A stretch of DNA of 64,000 nucleotides, from positions 8,159 to 72,158 of the IMG/VR virus record IMGVR_UViG_3300035698_010358; one strand, 5' to 3'. Under the pieces are notes generated by a model that did no database searches, was not told the DNA's origin, and was given only the letters and a program-made list of their open reading frames with translations. A program made the position numbers and the translations under genes. Below are positions 46,759 through 59,900 of this stretch, piece by piece. This DNA comes from a virus. Numbering within the stretch: position 1 is the first letter of the stretch; each line of letters begins with the position of its first letter.

Positions 46759-49700
46759 ATGGGTATAGAAAATCGACCTTTTATAGGTACATGGAGGCTG
46801 AATCGTCAGCAGGTTATCCAACATACTCCAGATTGCTTGGTATATCTGAATGGGGATCTCTCTTTACCGGGGTGTGCTCGGTGCAACAGCAAAATTAATA
46901 TCCAAGAGTTTGTCACAGAGGTGTCTGTGGACGCCGGAACGGACCCTGGAGCCACTTCCGCATCATTTACCTTGTCAGTACCCGTTCACCATCACGAATC
47001 GTTTGCAAGGGATGCTCAGTTCATTCTCCGACCTGGTTTGGAAGTTCATATTTACCAACGTGGCTTTTTCCCGGTTGAGGGTATGTATCAATCCACTGAT
47101 GATGACACGATGCCTGCTTATCCATATTATCATGTTTTCCACGGAGTTGTGACTCAAGTCGGTGGTTCCTATAGTTCTGGTGTTCAGACTTTCTCTGTTC
47201 AGTGTGGCTCGATGCTACATTTTTGGCAGTTCCAACAAGTCAGTACGAATGCTTCTATTTTTGGTAAACGGCCAACTAACTCTGGTAACAAAGCGTCTTC
47301 CGTTGGTCATAACTATACAGGTCAGCACCCTTATGAAATTATTTGGCATATCCATAACGATTTTATCAGTGCCGCTGCAGGTGTTGGAAGTGCCCTTCAA
47401 TCTCAAACCAATATCAGTGCAATGTTTGGGAATAAACAACTTTTTTCTTTTGCAGCCAAATACTGGGAGGAACGATTTAAGACTTCTACCATCAGATTGA
47501 GGATGCACGGTGCAACGGGCCAGTTATTTAATGCAGCTCAGGCAGCCTTCTTGGGCAGGGCTTCAAGTAAAGAATTGATCAAATTAACCAGAAGTCGATT
47601 CAATCAAAGTAACACAGGGTCGAAAAGTAATTCCCAGGTGATGAGTAATGCTACAATCCGTGGGTCTTTGACTCCTGATGTTTTGGATGCCCTTCTCTAT
47701 TCGGAGAGAGCCTCTGGTGGTAGTGAGCCAGTAGATTTAAATATCGTAGATATGAAAGCCTTCGTTACGGACATTGGAATGTTTGGGCAGTTTAATGAGT
47801 TTGAATCTACATATGAAAGTAAGATGGATATGGCCAACAAAGTCTGTGAAACCACAGGTTTTGAATTCTTTCAGGATGTGGATGGGGATTTTGTTTTTAA
47901 GCCTCCTTTTTATAACTTGGACACATCAGGTTCTCGGACTTATTGTATTGAAGATATTGATATTATCAATATTAGTTTTGATGAAAAAGAACCTGAAATC
48001 ACATATATGACAGCTAAGAGTGGGGCAATCAAAAATGTTGTAGGGCTAGGAGCTGACGGTGAATACGGTGTTCGTGCTCAGTATGTAGATTATCGGTTAG
48101 TGGCCCAGTATGGATGGCGGCCTGGTGAGTTTGAAACGGCATATTTCAATGATAAAGATGCTATGCAACATGCAGCAGCTAATAGGATGGACATCATGAA
48201 TGCTCCATCGAAGTCGGCTTCTGTAACGATTCCTCTCCGACCTGAAATCCGACCCGGTTATCCCGTGTATATTCGGTATCTGGATTGTTTTTATTACTGC
48301 AACTCTTTTTCACATTCTTTTATGGCCGGTGGTCAATGTACAACCACTCTCCAGCTCATTGCCAAGAGAGCCAAGTTCTTTGCTCCCGGTGATGTAGATA
48401 AACCGAACGGCGGTATTGATGCTATTCATTTAGATAACCCTTCAATGCCTGCTCGCCCTCTTCAGGTAGAAGACAATATGGGTTATCCTACTTTGATGGG
48501 GTTCCCTAATGTGGTAATGGGCCTTGACCCGAATCGTGTAGATCCTCGGATAATGTTGCTTGGGGGTGGGGTGTTTGATGTATCTATCCCTACAATGATC
48601 TCTGGAATCATCCAGATGGCCTTGGATATGAAAGTTATTCGATTTGCCGGTGGTGCTGATATGGGAACTTTGTTTGAAATGCAGACAGGTGAGAACACCA
48701 CCATGAAGTTTTCATATGATATTGATCAGGATTTACTTCCTCCTGGGACACACCCTCCGGTAAATGCCACAGGGGAATTTGCAGATTTAGCTGCCGGTGT
48801 GGATAAATATAAAACTTTACTAGATGGTTTGGGTGCTTCCAAGAAGACCCGGAGAGCAGCCCTTCGGAAAGCGTCAAAAGGAGTAACTAAAGCAAGGGCA
48901 GATTATAAGAAAACATCTAAAAAAAAGAAAACGGAACGGGTAAATGCCAGGGCAAAAATTAAAACTGCTCGTAAAAAAGTTGTTGCTGCTTCAAACAATT
49001 TAAAACAATGTGAGATTGCATTTGAAGAGAAACTTAGTAAGATAAATGATACGGACCCTGTAAAAATGCTTTATTCTATTATTCTGAATATGCAGAGTAT
49101 GAGAGATGGTTCTCGAAAAGATATTCACAGCACCAGTTTCATCTTAGATGTCCTGGCAGACAAAAAAGCAACTCGGACGAACGGTAACATGCCCGGTTCA
49201 TACCGGTATTACTCCTCTTCTCACCCAGACTCTAAACATCAAGGGATGGGTAGTTTAACTATCAATGTTACAGAAGGGGATAAATCCCATACCATAGTAG
49301 ATGAACCTTTGGAAGAGGGCCCGATTGAGGGTGAGGGTTTCCTTCCTGGTGGATCACAAACACCCTTAAATAAAGCAGTGGATTCCAAGTTCGGGATCAT
49401 TCCAGTGACCAAAGGGATTAAAATTTTGAATGGTGATCCTAAAAAAAAGGGCGGGGTTGTTGTCCCGACTTCTGAAATTCGAGAGCTGAGTTTTTCTCCT
49501 GTGCATTATAATTTGACAAGTGTGAAGACCACAACGATTCAGAAAGCAAACCCTGGAGCTTTAGGGGCCAAGTTCTTTGCAAATTTAACAAGTAGTGCTG
49601 TGGTTCAGGGAGCAGCTCAGTCGAAGGCTTCTACTTTGAGAGATGCTTTTACGGATTGGATTGCTTCTTTGGGATTTATTCTTACGAGTGCCGCTAATGA

Positions 49701-50892
49701 AGCCGATCCCGACATTGAAAAACCAGCACCTCTAACCCTGTTGTCGGTGGGTATCAAGAATGAAACAATGCAGCTTCATGATTCCCCAAACTCTTTCAAG
49801 CTCAGTGATACAGAGGGCACTCGGGTTTTTGTTGGTTGTGAGAAAATGTCTGTAGACGAATTCTGGAAAATCATATCCAAGAATCTGGTTAAAGATTTAA
49901 GGAGTCGTGTTAATAATTGGGTGAGGGATTGGAGACGGTCAGTATTAAAAGAGGATCCTGAAACCGAACAAAGTTCACAAGGTTTAAATACCATTGCCCA
50001 TTTTTTCTCTGTTCTTTCAGGTGTTTACGGTATAGCAGGCATAACGAAAATCAAACGAACGAGTAAATCAAAGAATAGAAAAATTGGTGTAACTAGTCCT
50101 GTCTTCCCCGTATCTGATGCCCGGGGTTATGAGATCATAGGTTCCTATCGGTATGGCCGAGGTGTGGATATTGATGAGAATGGTGTATTCTCTCAGTTGG
50201 TTAATGAGGGTCCTCTGCAAAGTTTGGATACCGCCAGTGTGGATAAGTTTGTTGATGGCATTATACGAAGAAAATCAACCGTTAAGTATGCACAAACTCA
50301 GGCTTTATTACAGAGCCTTTCTAAGGCTCGTCCTGAAGATGAAGCTCTAGCTTCTATTCGTCAGAAATTAAATAATTCAGGTTCCAATGAAGCAACACAA
50401 ACTCAATTGCTGACGGAAGGGCTTCGTAACTGGTATACCAGTGCCGTGAAGGACGGAGTAGCTAAAACAAAAATACAACTGACGAATGCTGCTTATTCCC
50501 TGGCTGATTTAGTTCCTGAGTCCCTTCGGGTTTGTAATTGTAAAATGGCTGAGGCCAATATTGTTCTTGAAAGTGCTCAAGACCGTGAGTTCATTCCAGT
50601 TGTGGAAGGATTTATGGAGCTGCAACAGGGCGACCCAGTAACGGCAGCCAATGCAAAAGCAACGGCTGCTGCTGGACAGAATTGGATTCTTCATCAGAAA
50701 GCTCTCCGTGGTCAGGTTGCAGATAGAGACCCTGGAGATTTAGTGGACTTTGTATCCAGTTTGGATGAAACGTATGAAGCTGCCAAAAGAGCAACTCAAC
50801 GTGCAGTAGATGATGTGGAAGATGCAGCAGAAGACCTTGTAGATGCAGCAGAAAATATTGATGACTCCTTTGGTGGAGATGGAGAAGAATAA
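46759..50892 (+). CDS. Baseplate hub protein (gp27-like) with large insertions
   Basis: FEFFQDVDGDFVFKPPFYN; SVTIPLRPEIRPGYPVYI...FSHSF. Confidence 0.7.
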   Translation: MGIENRPFIGTWRLNRQQVIQHTPDCLVYLNGDLSLPGCARCNSKINIQEFVTEVSVDAGTDPGATSASFTLSVPVHHHESFARDAQFILRPGLEVHIYQRGFFPVEGMYQSTDDDTMPAYPYYHVFHGVVTQVGGSYSSGVQTFSVQCGSMLHFWQFQQVSTNASIFGKRPTNSGNKASSVGHNYTGQHPYEIIWHIHNDFISAAAGVGSALQSQTNISAMFGNKQLFSFAAKYWEERFKTSTIRLRMHGATGQLFNAAQAAFLGRASSKELIKLTRSRFNQSNTGSKSNSQVMSNATIRGSLTPDVLDALLYSERASGGSEPVDLNIVDMKAFVTDIGMFGQFNEFESTYESKMDMANKVCETTGFEFFQDVDGDFVFKPPFYNLDTSGSRTYCIEDIDIINISFDEKEPEITYMTAKSGAIKNVVGLGADGEYGVRAQYVDYRLVAQYGWRPGEFETAYFNDKDAMQHAAANRMDIMNAPSKSASVTIPLRPEIRPGYPVYIRYLDCFYYCNSFSHSFMAGGQCTTTLQLIAKRAKFFAPGDVDKPNGGIDAIHLDNPSMPARPLQVEDNMGYPTLMGFPNVVMGLDPNRVDPRIMLLGGGVFDVSIPTMISGIIQMALDMKVIRFAGGADMGTLFEMQTGENTTMKFSYDIDQDLLPPGTHPPVNATGEFADLAAGVDKYKTLLDGLGASKKTRRAALRKASKGVTKARADYKKTSKKKKTERVNARAKIKTARKKVVAASNNLKQCEIAFEEKLSKINDTDPVKMLYSIILNMQSMRDGSRKDIHSTSFILDVLADKKATRTNGNMPGSYRYYSSSHPDSKHQGMGSLTINVTEGDKSHTIVDEPLEEGPIEGEGFLPGGSQTPLNKAVDSKFGIIPVTKGIKILNGDPKKKGGVVVPTSEIRELSFSPVHYNLTSVKTTTIQKANPGALGAKFFANLTSSAVVQGAAQSKASTLRDAFTDWIASLGFILTSAANEADPDIEKPAPLTLLSVGIKNETMQLHDSPNSFKLSDTEGTRVFVGCEKMSVDEFWKIISKNLVKDLRSRVNNWVRDWRRSVLKEDPETEQSSQGLNTIAHFFSVLSGVYGIAGITKIKRTSKSKNRKIGVTSPVFPVSDARGYEIIGSYRYGRGVDIDENGVFSQLVNEGPLQSLDTASVDKFVDGIIRRKSTVKYAQTQALLQSLSKARPEDEALASIRQKLNNSGSNEATQTQLLTEGLRNWYTSAVKDGVAKTKIQLTNAAYSLADLVPESLRVCNCKMAEANIVLESAQDREFIPVVEGFMELQQGDPVTAANAKATAAAGQNWILHQKALRGQVADRDPGDLVDFVSSLDETYEAAKRATQRAVDDVEDAAEDLVDAAENIDDSFGGDGEE

Positions 50893-53339
50893 TGGCAACA
50901 GCAATCAATCCTCAAGCAGGTTTGGGTGGGCACGGTTCGGTTCCTTGGGGACAACTGAAAGCCTCAACTGCTTTTGCAGCTAAGAGTAAAAAGGATATGA
51001 ATCCCGATAGCAATTGGGGTTTGGGTACGGCACGGGTGCTAAATATCAACTATGTCGAGATGTTTGTCACCCTTCGGACTCTAATGGGGGCTTCCGGTAC
51101 ATTTGATCGTGTCCCTGTTCCTATAACCTTCCCAGGGGCTGGGGCTCGTCATTTTTTCGGTGCCATGCCTGAAATCGGTGACATTTGTGTGGTTGGGTGG
51201 ATGCCCCCAGAGAGTATATCCCAGACTAATACTCGAACACCCGTTATTCTTTCATGGTTAATACCTGGCGTATGGCCCGGTCAGGATTGGGTAACTACTT
51301 CTGATTTTGACCCTGATGAATACGATATCAATAACCCGAAAGACCAGCAAGCTCTACGGGGAGTTTATTCTCAGACCCGACATAAACTTCGGCACATCCA
51401 GCCTGGTAATATTGTGGCTTCATCTTCCCAAGGTTCTGATATGGTTCTGGATGAGGGTGTTACTTTGGCCAACCGTCGGGGGAATGAAATCCGATTACGG
51501 GACCAGGATCAAGCCTTGGTTACTCGAAGTCTGCAACAATTCCATGCAATGGCGGGTACTCGAATTTATGCTGGTATGGTTCAACGTGATGCTCGGTTAT
51601 TGCCGGCCATGTGTGTTTCTGATGGGTATGAGTGGGATAGTAAAACTCAGGCTTATGCTGGAGAGGCTATTAGTGATTCTGAGCTTGCTGTTGACTCTCA
51701 AGCTGGGGAAGGGTTCTATACTCCTTCTAAATTATTCCAACGTCGTCAATTAACTACTACTGAAGGGGATTTGGCTGGGCAGCCTTTCCCCATTTCTTCA
51801 TATTTGGACCCCTATAAATTTCTCCAACGGGGTGGGTTTATTGATGATGCCGGTTATGTTCTTGATATTAATCATATTCCAGCAGTTAGTGATGCCGTGT
51901 ACGGAGGAAAGTCCTTCTTCCGAGTGGCCAATCAGGGTCTTCAAAATGCAGCAGTGGAAACAGACACCCCAACTCTGACAGAATATCGTATCGAGTTAGC
52001 TCATACATCTGATGGTCGTTTACCAGTCACCGAACAGACCGACATGTTTGATGCCGAACGGCTTTTGGAGACTGATCCAAATGTTCCTGGGGCAACCTCT
52101 ACGAACACCCCCTTCATTGAATGGGTAATGGGTTCCGTCGTAGGTAATGACCCATATTCAGCCAAAGGGCAAGAGGGTTATGGTTTGCCCGTGGTCCCTA
52201 TCATTTTTGATGGGGATACTCCTGCTCCCAGATTGGAACCTGCTAAAATCACGGATGCTGCAGACGGTAGTACCCCAACCCCTATGAAGAACCAAGCAGC
52301 CATGCTTTTCCGTATGGCCCCCCCAACGGCTGAACCAGCAGCCCCTACTTTCTGGTCGGTCAATAAACAGGGGCAGTTCCGAGGTTACATCGGAGGTGAA
52401 TCTAAAGAAGATTCAGTCCATTTATATGCCCAAGGAAATATTAAAATTGGCACCGGAGGGAAATTAGACCTCCAGTTACAGGATGGGATAAATCTCAGTG
52501 CTTTAGGGAAGAATGATTTTAATCTGAATTCTCCTGAAGGGGCTGTTGTTATCTACGGTGGTGGGCCAATCAAGACGGCTGAAACCACAGTAGAACGAGC
52601 TTCCGGCACAGGTGGTGGTGAAGGTGATGTTCCTGCCGTGGATATTGGGGCTAAGACTAATATCCGATTGATGGCTGAGAAGAAAATTCTTCTGAAAAGT
52701 AACACTCACGAAACTCAGGCCACCAGTATAAAGTTGATCGGTCATGAGAAAATTGAAATCAACGGTACGAAGACTATCAGTGAGTCCACTGAGAACTATC
52801 AATTGACGGTTAGTTCTCAGGCTTCAGAGTCTTATAGCGGCCCGAAATATTTACTCCCAACCAACTTTCCTTTGCATGAGCGGGTATATACGAGTCAGTA
52901 CCCAGGTTTCACGGGTGAGAAAATCTCTTATCAGATGTGTGACCGTGAAGAAGAGTTCAAGATTCTCGGTAATCATTCAACGAAGATGCAAATTGGGGAT
53001 ATGACTTATGAAACATTGCTGGGCAAGTGGTCAGCTACAGCAACAGCAAACAGTCTTGAAGTGGACTCAACCTCTGGTATTACCGGAGAAGCTAAGGTAG
53101 GGAACGTAGTTTTAAAGACTTTGGTTGGGACAGCTACCGTTTCAGGAATGGCCACGGCCACGTTGGAAGCAACGGCGGGTGTGGCTACAGTTCGGGGTGG
53201 TTCCGGTGTTACACTGGCAGCTCCGATTACAGGTCCGGACTCAGGTCCGATTATTTGTGCAGGTTCTCTGGAGCCTTTTACTAATTTGCCATTTGCCACC
53301 TGGGGTATGGGTGCCAAAATGCATAATGTATCGGCTTAA
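50892..53339 (+). CDS. Baseplate central spike protein (gp5/VgrG-like OB fold)
   Basis: FGAMPEIGDICVVGW OB-fold motif; beta-repeat C-terminus. Confidence 0.72.
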   Translation: MATAINPQAGLGGHGSVPWGQLKASTAFAAKSKKDMNPDSNWGLGTARVLNINYVEMFVTLRTLMGASGTFDRVPVPITFPGAGARHFFGAMPEIGDICVVGWMPPESISQTNTRTPVILSWLIPGVWPGQDWVTTSDFDPDEYDINNPKDQQALRGVYSQTRHKLRHIQPGNIVASSSQGSDMVLDEGVTLANRRGNEIRLRDQDQALVTRSLQQFHAMAGTRIYAGMVQRDARLLPAMCVSDGYEWDSKTQAYAGEAISDSELAVDSQAGEGFYTPSKLFQRRQLTTTEGDLAGQPFPISSYLDPYKFLQRGGFIDDAGYVLDINHIPAVSDAVYGGKSFFRVANQGLQNAAVETDTPTLTEYRIELAHTSDGRLPVTEQTDMFDAERLLETDPNVPGATSTNTPFIEWVMGSVVGNDPYSAKGQEGYGLPVVPIIFDGDTPAPRLEPAKITDAADGSTPTPMKNQAAMLFRMAPPTAEPAAPTFWSVNKQGQFRGYIGGESKEDSVHLYAQGNIKIGTGGKLDLQLQDGINLSALGKNDFNLNSPEGAVVIYGGGPIKTAETTVERASGTGGGEGDVPAVDIGAKTNIRLMAEKKILLKSNTHETQATSIKLIGHEKIEINGTKTISESTENYQLTVSSQASESYSGPKYLLPTNFPLHERVYTSQYPGFTGEKISYQMCDREEEFKILGNHSTKMQIGDMTYETLLGKWSATATANSLEVDSTSGITGEAKVGNVVLKTLVGTATVSGMATATLEATAGVATVRGGSGVTLAAPITGPDSGPIICAGSLEPFTNLPFATWGMGAKMHNVSA

Positions 53340-53341
53340 TT

Positions 53342-53944
53342 ATGGCACTTAGCCCCAACATCATCACGTCAGCTTTGTTGGCAAATAGAGCATCAGGTGG
53401 TTTTCCTATGGCAGGGGTGAATTTTGACCGTCTGGCTTTAGGTGTGGGGATGGCTGTCGGAACGTGGGCAATCAGTCAGCCACAGAATTTGGCTTTAACG
53501 GGCGTAACAACAGGAACTGTTGGTTCTGGGGTAATAAATCCAGCAGCTTCCAAAATTATTGTTCCTCCTTCTGTATCTATTATGTCGGGAGCAATAGCTG
53601 GGGCGGGTATGGTAGGACCACTGGCTCAGTCTCTGGCCGTGATTGTTACATTGGCAATTTCACAGTCTTTCTCAGCTTCGGCTCAGTATTCAGGAGTTTC
53701 AGCTGGTGTTGGTTTAGGTTCCGATGTTTCGATGATGAGTGTGGCTAATTCAGCAACTCTGGTAGGGCTCCTGATGGCAAACTTGACGGCAACGTTGGGG
53801 CCTGGGGCTGCTTTGATAACAATGGCTTCTGGTCTGGGTAATGGGATTGCTTCCTTACTCATGACGGGAACAGGTGTTGGTTCTGTAATGGGATCCCCTG
53901 TTTCTGCTTCAGGAGCGGGTACTTCACTAAGTGTGGTGGTATAG
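53342..53944 (+). CDS. Gly/Ala/Ser-rich hydrophobic baseplate-associated protein
   Basis: 200-aa ORF directly after the spike gene. Confidence 0.65.
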   Translation: MALSPNIITSALLANRASGGFPMAGVNFDRLALGVGMAVGTWAISQPQNLALTGVTTGTVGSGVINPAASKIIVPPSVSIMSGAIAGAGMVGPLAQSLAVIVTLAISQSFSASAQYSGVSAGVGLGSDVSMMSVANSATLVGLLMANLTATLGPGAALITMASGLGNGIASLLMTGTGVGSVMGSPVSASGAGTSLSVVV

Positions 53945-53946
53945 AT

Positions 53947-56900
53947 ATGAGCTTTCAATTTGATGGGAAAATACTAGAGGGTGTTCGACAGTCACCGGTG
54001 AATTCTCCAAAAACTGATGAGCCTGGGACTGGTGTGGTTCGAGATATCAGAGCTCTCCCTACAGGTTATACTTTAGATTCTCCTCCTTTAGTTTGTGCCA
54101 CAGCCGACCAGTACCGTGTCGCTACTTTGGAAGCTCCCGGTTCGACAATCGTAGAATACTTGGTTTGGGCACAGAACTCAGCCCAACTGGCCACCGTGGA
54201 TGACCCTTCTTGGTATACAACAGAAGGCATTGGGAATATCCCGACAGGGGATTTAGATGTGATTTCTTATCCTGGTCCTGATCAGGTACTTTATATTGAC
54301 GGGACTGTCAATGTCATCGTTGTAGATAACGGAAATCGAAGCATTGGCTCCATCTTATGGCTTGTGGTGGCTCGTGGTGATGTAGAATATGACGATGATG
54401 GTTGGGATGATGTTGATAACCTAGCAGCAGGCAGAGAGGGCAGTAATCCATACTTGGTGTTTGGGATTGCTGTTGAAAATCAGAATCCTGTCTCTGGGAT
54501 GGTGACATTAACCGATGCTCAATTAGCCCTACTCAGTGGAGGGTTGTCCCTCGGGCGTGGTGACAGAGTTATTCAACCTCGATACACGGCAGCTGCTCCA
54601 CGATTCTGGTGGACCCGGAATGACAGGTACGAGAAGCGTTTCGGATGGAATGCTTCTATTCAACGATGGGAACCGTGGAAAGGTTCAGGGGTTAAGAACT
54701 TGGGGTACCTTCTGTTGGATGAGGCTTCGTTCACAATGGCCCCTAAACTCCAGAACTTCCCCGTTGGAGCTTTCCTGCCTGGTGATGCTCTTACTCCTGA
54801 CAAGTATTCCATGATTCGACTGGGGACTGACCCCGGTGTTACGAGTACTCCAGCAGCATCGGGAGATGGGTTCCTTGGGATCCAAGTGAAACCTGATGAT
54901 TCTGTAGAGGATTTTGATTTCAGTGCTGCCACTACTTTGATTGGTGTCATGGGTCAGACTAACGGGAAACTGGTATTCAACCCAGCCTATGTGAACCTAC
55001 ATGCTGGAAAATCAGTTTGGTATTCGTACAAAGGGTTCTCTGGGGATGAAGATGGGGTTATTGGAAGTATTCAAGATGCCTTGACTTCCGACCTGTTCCT
55101 TGCACCTCTCCCTGGCCCAACCGATGCTCCTTTACTTCGATATGGTAACCGGAGTTATTTGGATACCATAACCTTTGCAGATGATGCAGCCCTACAAGCT
55201 GAGGTTGATGCACCTGCCGAAGGTCAAGTTTATCTTTCATTATCTACGGGGCGTTTGAAACTTAGTCCTGTGGATATGGGCAAAGCCAATCCCGATAGTC
55301 CATCCACATTTTCCAAGTATTACCTGGGAGATGATGTGGTTTACGACGGGGTTTCTCTCTGTCAACGGCCACAACCGACCCGTTCTCCTGTTAGGATGCT
55401 TGATGCTGATAGTGCCCCGACTACAGATGCTGACGAAGTGTTCCTTCCAGAAGCTGAGTATCTTCCAGATGCTTACAGTTCCCTGGACTGGAATAATGCT
55501 TATCGAGGATTGGGTGTTTCAGGTATTTTGAATGTTCCTGATGGAACCGGTTCGTTGCCCATAGTAGGGGATGTCCCTGTTCGTCCTGGTGGCGACAATT
55601 CCTATTCAGGCTCTCCTGATCCGAATGTAGGGATGGTAAGGCTCTTGGACGATGGGGTGAGTGACCTCATTATCTTCGGGCGTAATCATGCCATCACATC
55701 TACACGTTCTTATCGTATACCTGATGACAAGCCCTCCCGTATTCGGGGTGGTAATGCTTACATCTGCCTTCAGGTTGAAGGTAGTGATCCAGGATCTCGT
55801 GTGGAAATGGGCCGGTATGACCGACGGAAACTGGATGGGGATTACATTTATTTCCTTCAGTCTGCCTTGGTACCCGCAACCTTTACATCAGAGGCTAAAC
55901 TTTATTCCCGTAACAGGGATATTTTCCGTTTTGATGGGGATGAGACATTATACTTTGCTGTCAATGGTGCTCCTTATACATGGGATTCCAGTGGGTTAGT
56001 GGCCAGTTTCCCTGATCAGGCTTCATTTACAGCAGAGGAAGTGGCGGAGGATATGGCTTCTTTGGTTCCTTCTGCTGCTGGTTCTGTCACAGCCCACCTT
56101 GGCCGGATTCTTATCCAAGGTACAAATTCAGTTGAGATTGGCTTTGGCTACCCAGATAAAGACCTGAGTGGTGCATCTGTTTTGGGATTCCTTCCTGGGT
56201 GGCGGGCTACCGAGGGTGAACCTTGCTGGTTGCCTGATTCTGGTGTGAGTGTGGGACTGTTCCGTAGTCCTGTGAACCAGGATAGATCAAAAGCTACTGC
56301 CGATTTTGCTTACATTGACAGAATTAGAGATGGGTTGTTGAGTGAAAGTCTTCAGCCAAACCCATTTTTCTTTTTCCTGAATCCTCCTTTACAGGATATT
56401 GCCGGATATAGTGAGAATTTCTTTTTCCAATTGGTGAATTACATCATTGATGGGGATGATATTCAGATAGTTTATAAGAATCTGGAGCATTATAAAGACA
56501 TCATTTACCGTTTCGGCCAGAAGAAGTTTGACTGGGTAGGGGAAGGTTCTTATAGAGAGCCCGTTGAACGAGCCTTGAACACTTTGGATTTGGGAGCTGT
56601 TGGTGTAGTTCCAGAATCTATGATGGGTGCCCCTGGAATTCCAGGTGCCTTGTACGTGAACACGGGTGAAGGTGGGTTGGTGTTACAGGATCAGGATGAT
56701 GATTACATCCTTCCGTTCGACGGTGCCCCTGGGAATGCAACCCTTATCCATCGTTTTGGAAAACGAATATCTTTCGGAGCTCAGGGGGGGTTCGTTGAAG
56801 GTTCAACCACATTCACTGATTCCAGTGCCACTACTGATTTTAATGATCCAGACAACCCAGTGTTGCCTGGATACCGTTTGAAATTAACAGCCAGTGATGC

Positions 56901-59900
56901 TGAGGGTTCTTATACCATCGAGAGTGTCGATTCCGATAATACTCTTACAGTTTCGCCCGTATTCCTCTGGACATCGGATGTCCCAGTGACTTGGGAATTG
57001 TTTGAAGGTTACTCTAAAGATGTCTATGACCCGATGGTTGTAGCTGACATGCTGTATCAAGAATTCAGTCCTTTGTCGGAAGAACCCTTCAAAGTTCGGG
57101 TTTTGTCGTATCTTGGTCTCGTTCCTGAAGATTCTTCGGTGCAGGATGTTGGACGACTGATAGCAAATGTTGAAGGAGCTTTGGCCAGTAATCGGCCAAT
57201 CAGTCTTCGATACAAACCAGAAGCCCCAACTGTAACAAACACCGTCAGTTTATCATGGCTGACAAAAGTTGATATTGGGGTCATCGAGAATGGTGCTCGA
57301 ATCATCCCTGATGTAAGTTCAATCAGGTTTACCTCTGAGGCTTTCAGTATTCAGATTGGGACGGTTGTTTACAGTCATGGTGATCCGATACACCCCTTGG
57401 TAGGTGTTTCGGCCTTCAGCAGCGACCCTGGAGCTTCTGTGGAGTATTTGACCGTGGACACAGACCCAGAATCTCCTAAAGGGCTGCTGAAGTTTGGTTC
57501 TGAGGTCATGGCCACTTATGCTGAGAGTCAGGTGTTAGTGAAAGATGAATTTCTTGACCCATCCAATTTAGCAGCTCTCTATGCAGAATTGAGTCCATGG
57601 ACGGGTGGGGTTAACCTCTCTGACACCGATATGTTAGCAAATGCAGGGGGGCGGTGTTATTTCGTTGAGCAGATGGACACCAAGAAAGATTTGTCCGTCC
57701 AGCCAATGAGTGGGAGTTGTGCATTCCTCCGACCTCTCCCAAAAAGGGTGTTGGTTGAAATGGAGTATTACGGAGCTGATCTCGAAGGACGGAAACTTCA
57801 ATACCCTGTTCTTTCCCTGAATGGTGAGCCCACGGGGATGACAGAACCTCGTCAGATTACTGAATTCCTGCCTGTGTTCATTCGAGATGAGATTGCTATT
57901 CGTGACAGCAATCGAGTTTTCTATTTCAACACCGATGGGAACACTGTCTACCAGGACATCGATCCAATTATCTACATCCGGGCGGTCCAGCAGAATTATA
58001 ATGAAACGAACTGTGTGATTGATTATCTTCCTGATGGCCGTGGCCGGCTTACCTTCATCACGTATGACGTGACGGAGGGGGTGGACGTGAAAGTCACATA
58101 TGCCGTGGCTGAGTCCCAAGGAGGGGAGCGGGCGTATGAAACCAGTTTGAAACCTGTCTACCGCCCTCCATTTTATATCACAGCCAATCAGAACCGGTTC
58201 GGTATTCGTGGGGACAGAGAAGATGAGTTTGTGACTGGTCAGATGCTTCGGTTTGGAAAAGAGAATTTCTATGTTAAGGGTACAAAATATTACCCGGAAA
58301 CAACAGACGATGAGGGCAATGTAACTGGGGACATCACCGCTGTTTACATTTATCCTCCGACAACTCAGGAAGTTGGAACTCGTGCTCCGGCTCGGGACAT
58401 TTTAGCCCTCCAGACTTTGATGCCTATTACTCCAGTGGTAGATCCAAAAGGAAGTGTGGTTGGCCCCGATGGAACAACAAATCCAGTAAATACTACGGCT
58501 GCCGCAGGTCTGATGTACCTACTGGACCTCACAGAATTCCCGTTTGAGCCTATGAATCGGGGACAGACTGACATCGTGTTCACTGGTAGTTTGTTATTCC
58601 TGGCTGTACCGGGCCACATCATCGAGTTCGGTGGTGTCCCTTACACCATTGCTGGAGTTTCCTTATCCGATGACGGTTCTCGAACTGTAGTTTCAATTGC
58701 TTCTGGTATCCGACAGGCATTTGAGATGGCCGATGAACCAACCGTTCGACTCACTTACCGTCCTGTGTATCCTCCTAACGTGGTAGATTTACTGGGGGTT
58801 GGCTCTTTTGTACCTGAAGAAGGGTATGAATTGGTGCAGTATGGTTTGATGGGCGGTGGGGAGGAACTTCCAGGGAAAACCTTGGTAAACACCGTGGACT
58901 ACACATTTGATGTGGGTACTGGAAAAGTCACCCTCTTGGAACCAATCCAAGAACCTTTGAATGTTCCTGAATCTTTGGTCATGTCTTTTGTGCGACTCCG
59001 GCAGTTGGCTCCTTACGTGGAGAATGGGGCAGTTGTCCGACCCACATATTCGGCCAGTTACCTGAATTCCATTACACCGGACAAAGACAATGATTTGTTG
59101 GGGGCTACTCTTCGTGGAACTTACACCTTCAGAAGCCCAGACACTTTCTATTTCCGTATCGTTCCGATGTCTCAGTTCTTGGTGGAAGTCACAACGGAAG
59201 TCATCGAGGAAATCTCTAGTCAGTCCCCAGCCAGTGGGGCACCAAAACCTTCCGGTGGTGATGAAAATTGGGACTTTGGCCGAATTGGGCTGAAGACTGA
59301 ACGGCGTCACCTGATCAATAAAGACAGAGTGGCTCGGACGTTCTTGGATTTCTACAATGTAGCCACCAATTCCTTTGAACAAGTGCAGGAAACCATCACC
59401 GGCGATATTGTGGGTGATAGGGATGGCAAGTTCCGATTCTGGGTTGGTCGTGGGAAAGAATGGCCCACTCCAGGATATGAAGATGAAATCACGGGGTACC
59501 TAACTCCTCGAAATGTTTACACAGATGTGTTCTCAGAATTTGCAAACAATGCCCCTGTTCGATACGTGTACGTGCAGCCTTATGACAAACTCGTAGACCC
59601 GAAGACTTACCGGGTTGAGAATTCAGAGCTTCTGGGTGATGTCCCTGACATTGACACCTTGAACCTGATGATGGATAGTCAGAAAGATAGTGTGACCAAT
59701 GAGGTGGATGATACTGTCCTGACTCGATTCTGGGCAAGTTTCAAACGTAAACATGGATGGCCTTTCTTTTATTTTATCCTGAAGGGTCGTTTCAATTGGA
59801 TGTATGAGAACCACAAGTATTCCCGTATCTTCCCTCGATGGACGAAAACATTCCTTCGGACCAATCCTGGTATCGAAGCTGATTTAGATGCAGGAGAACC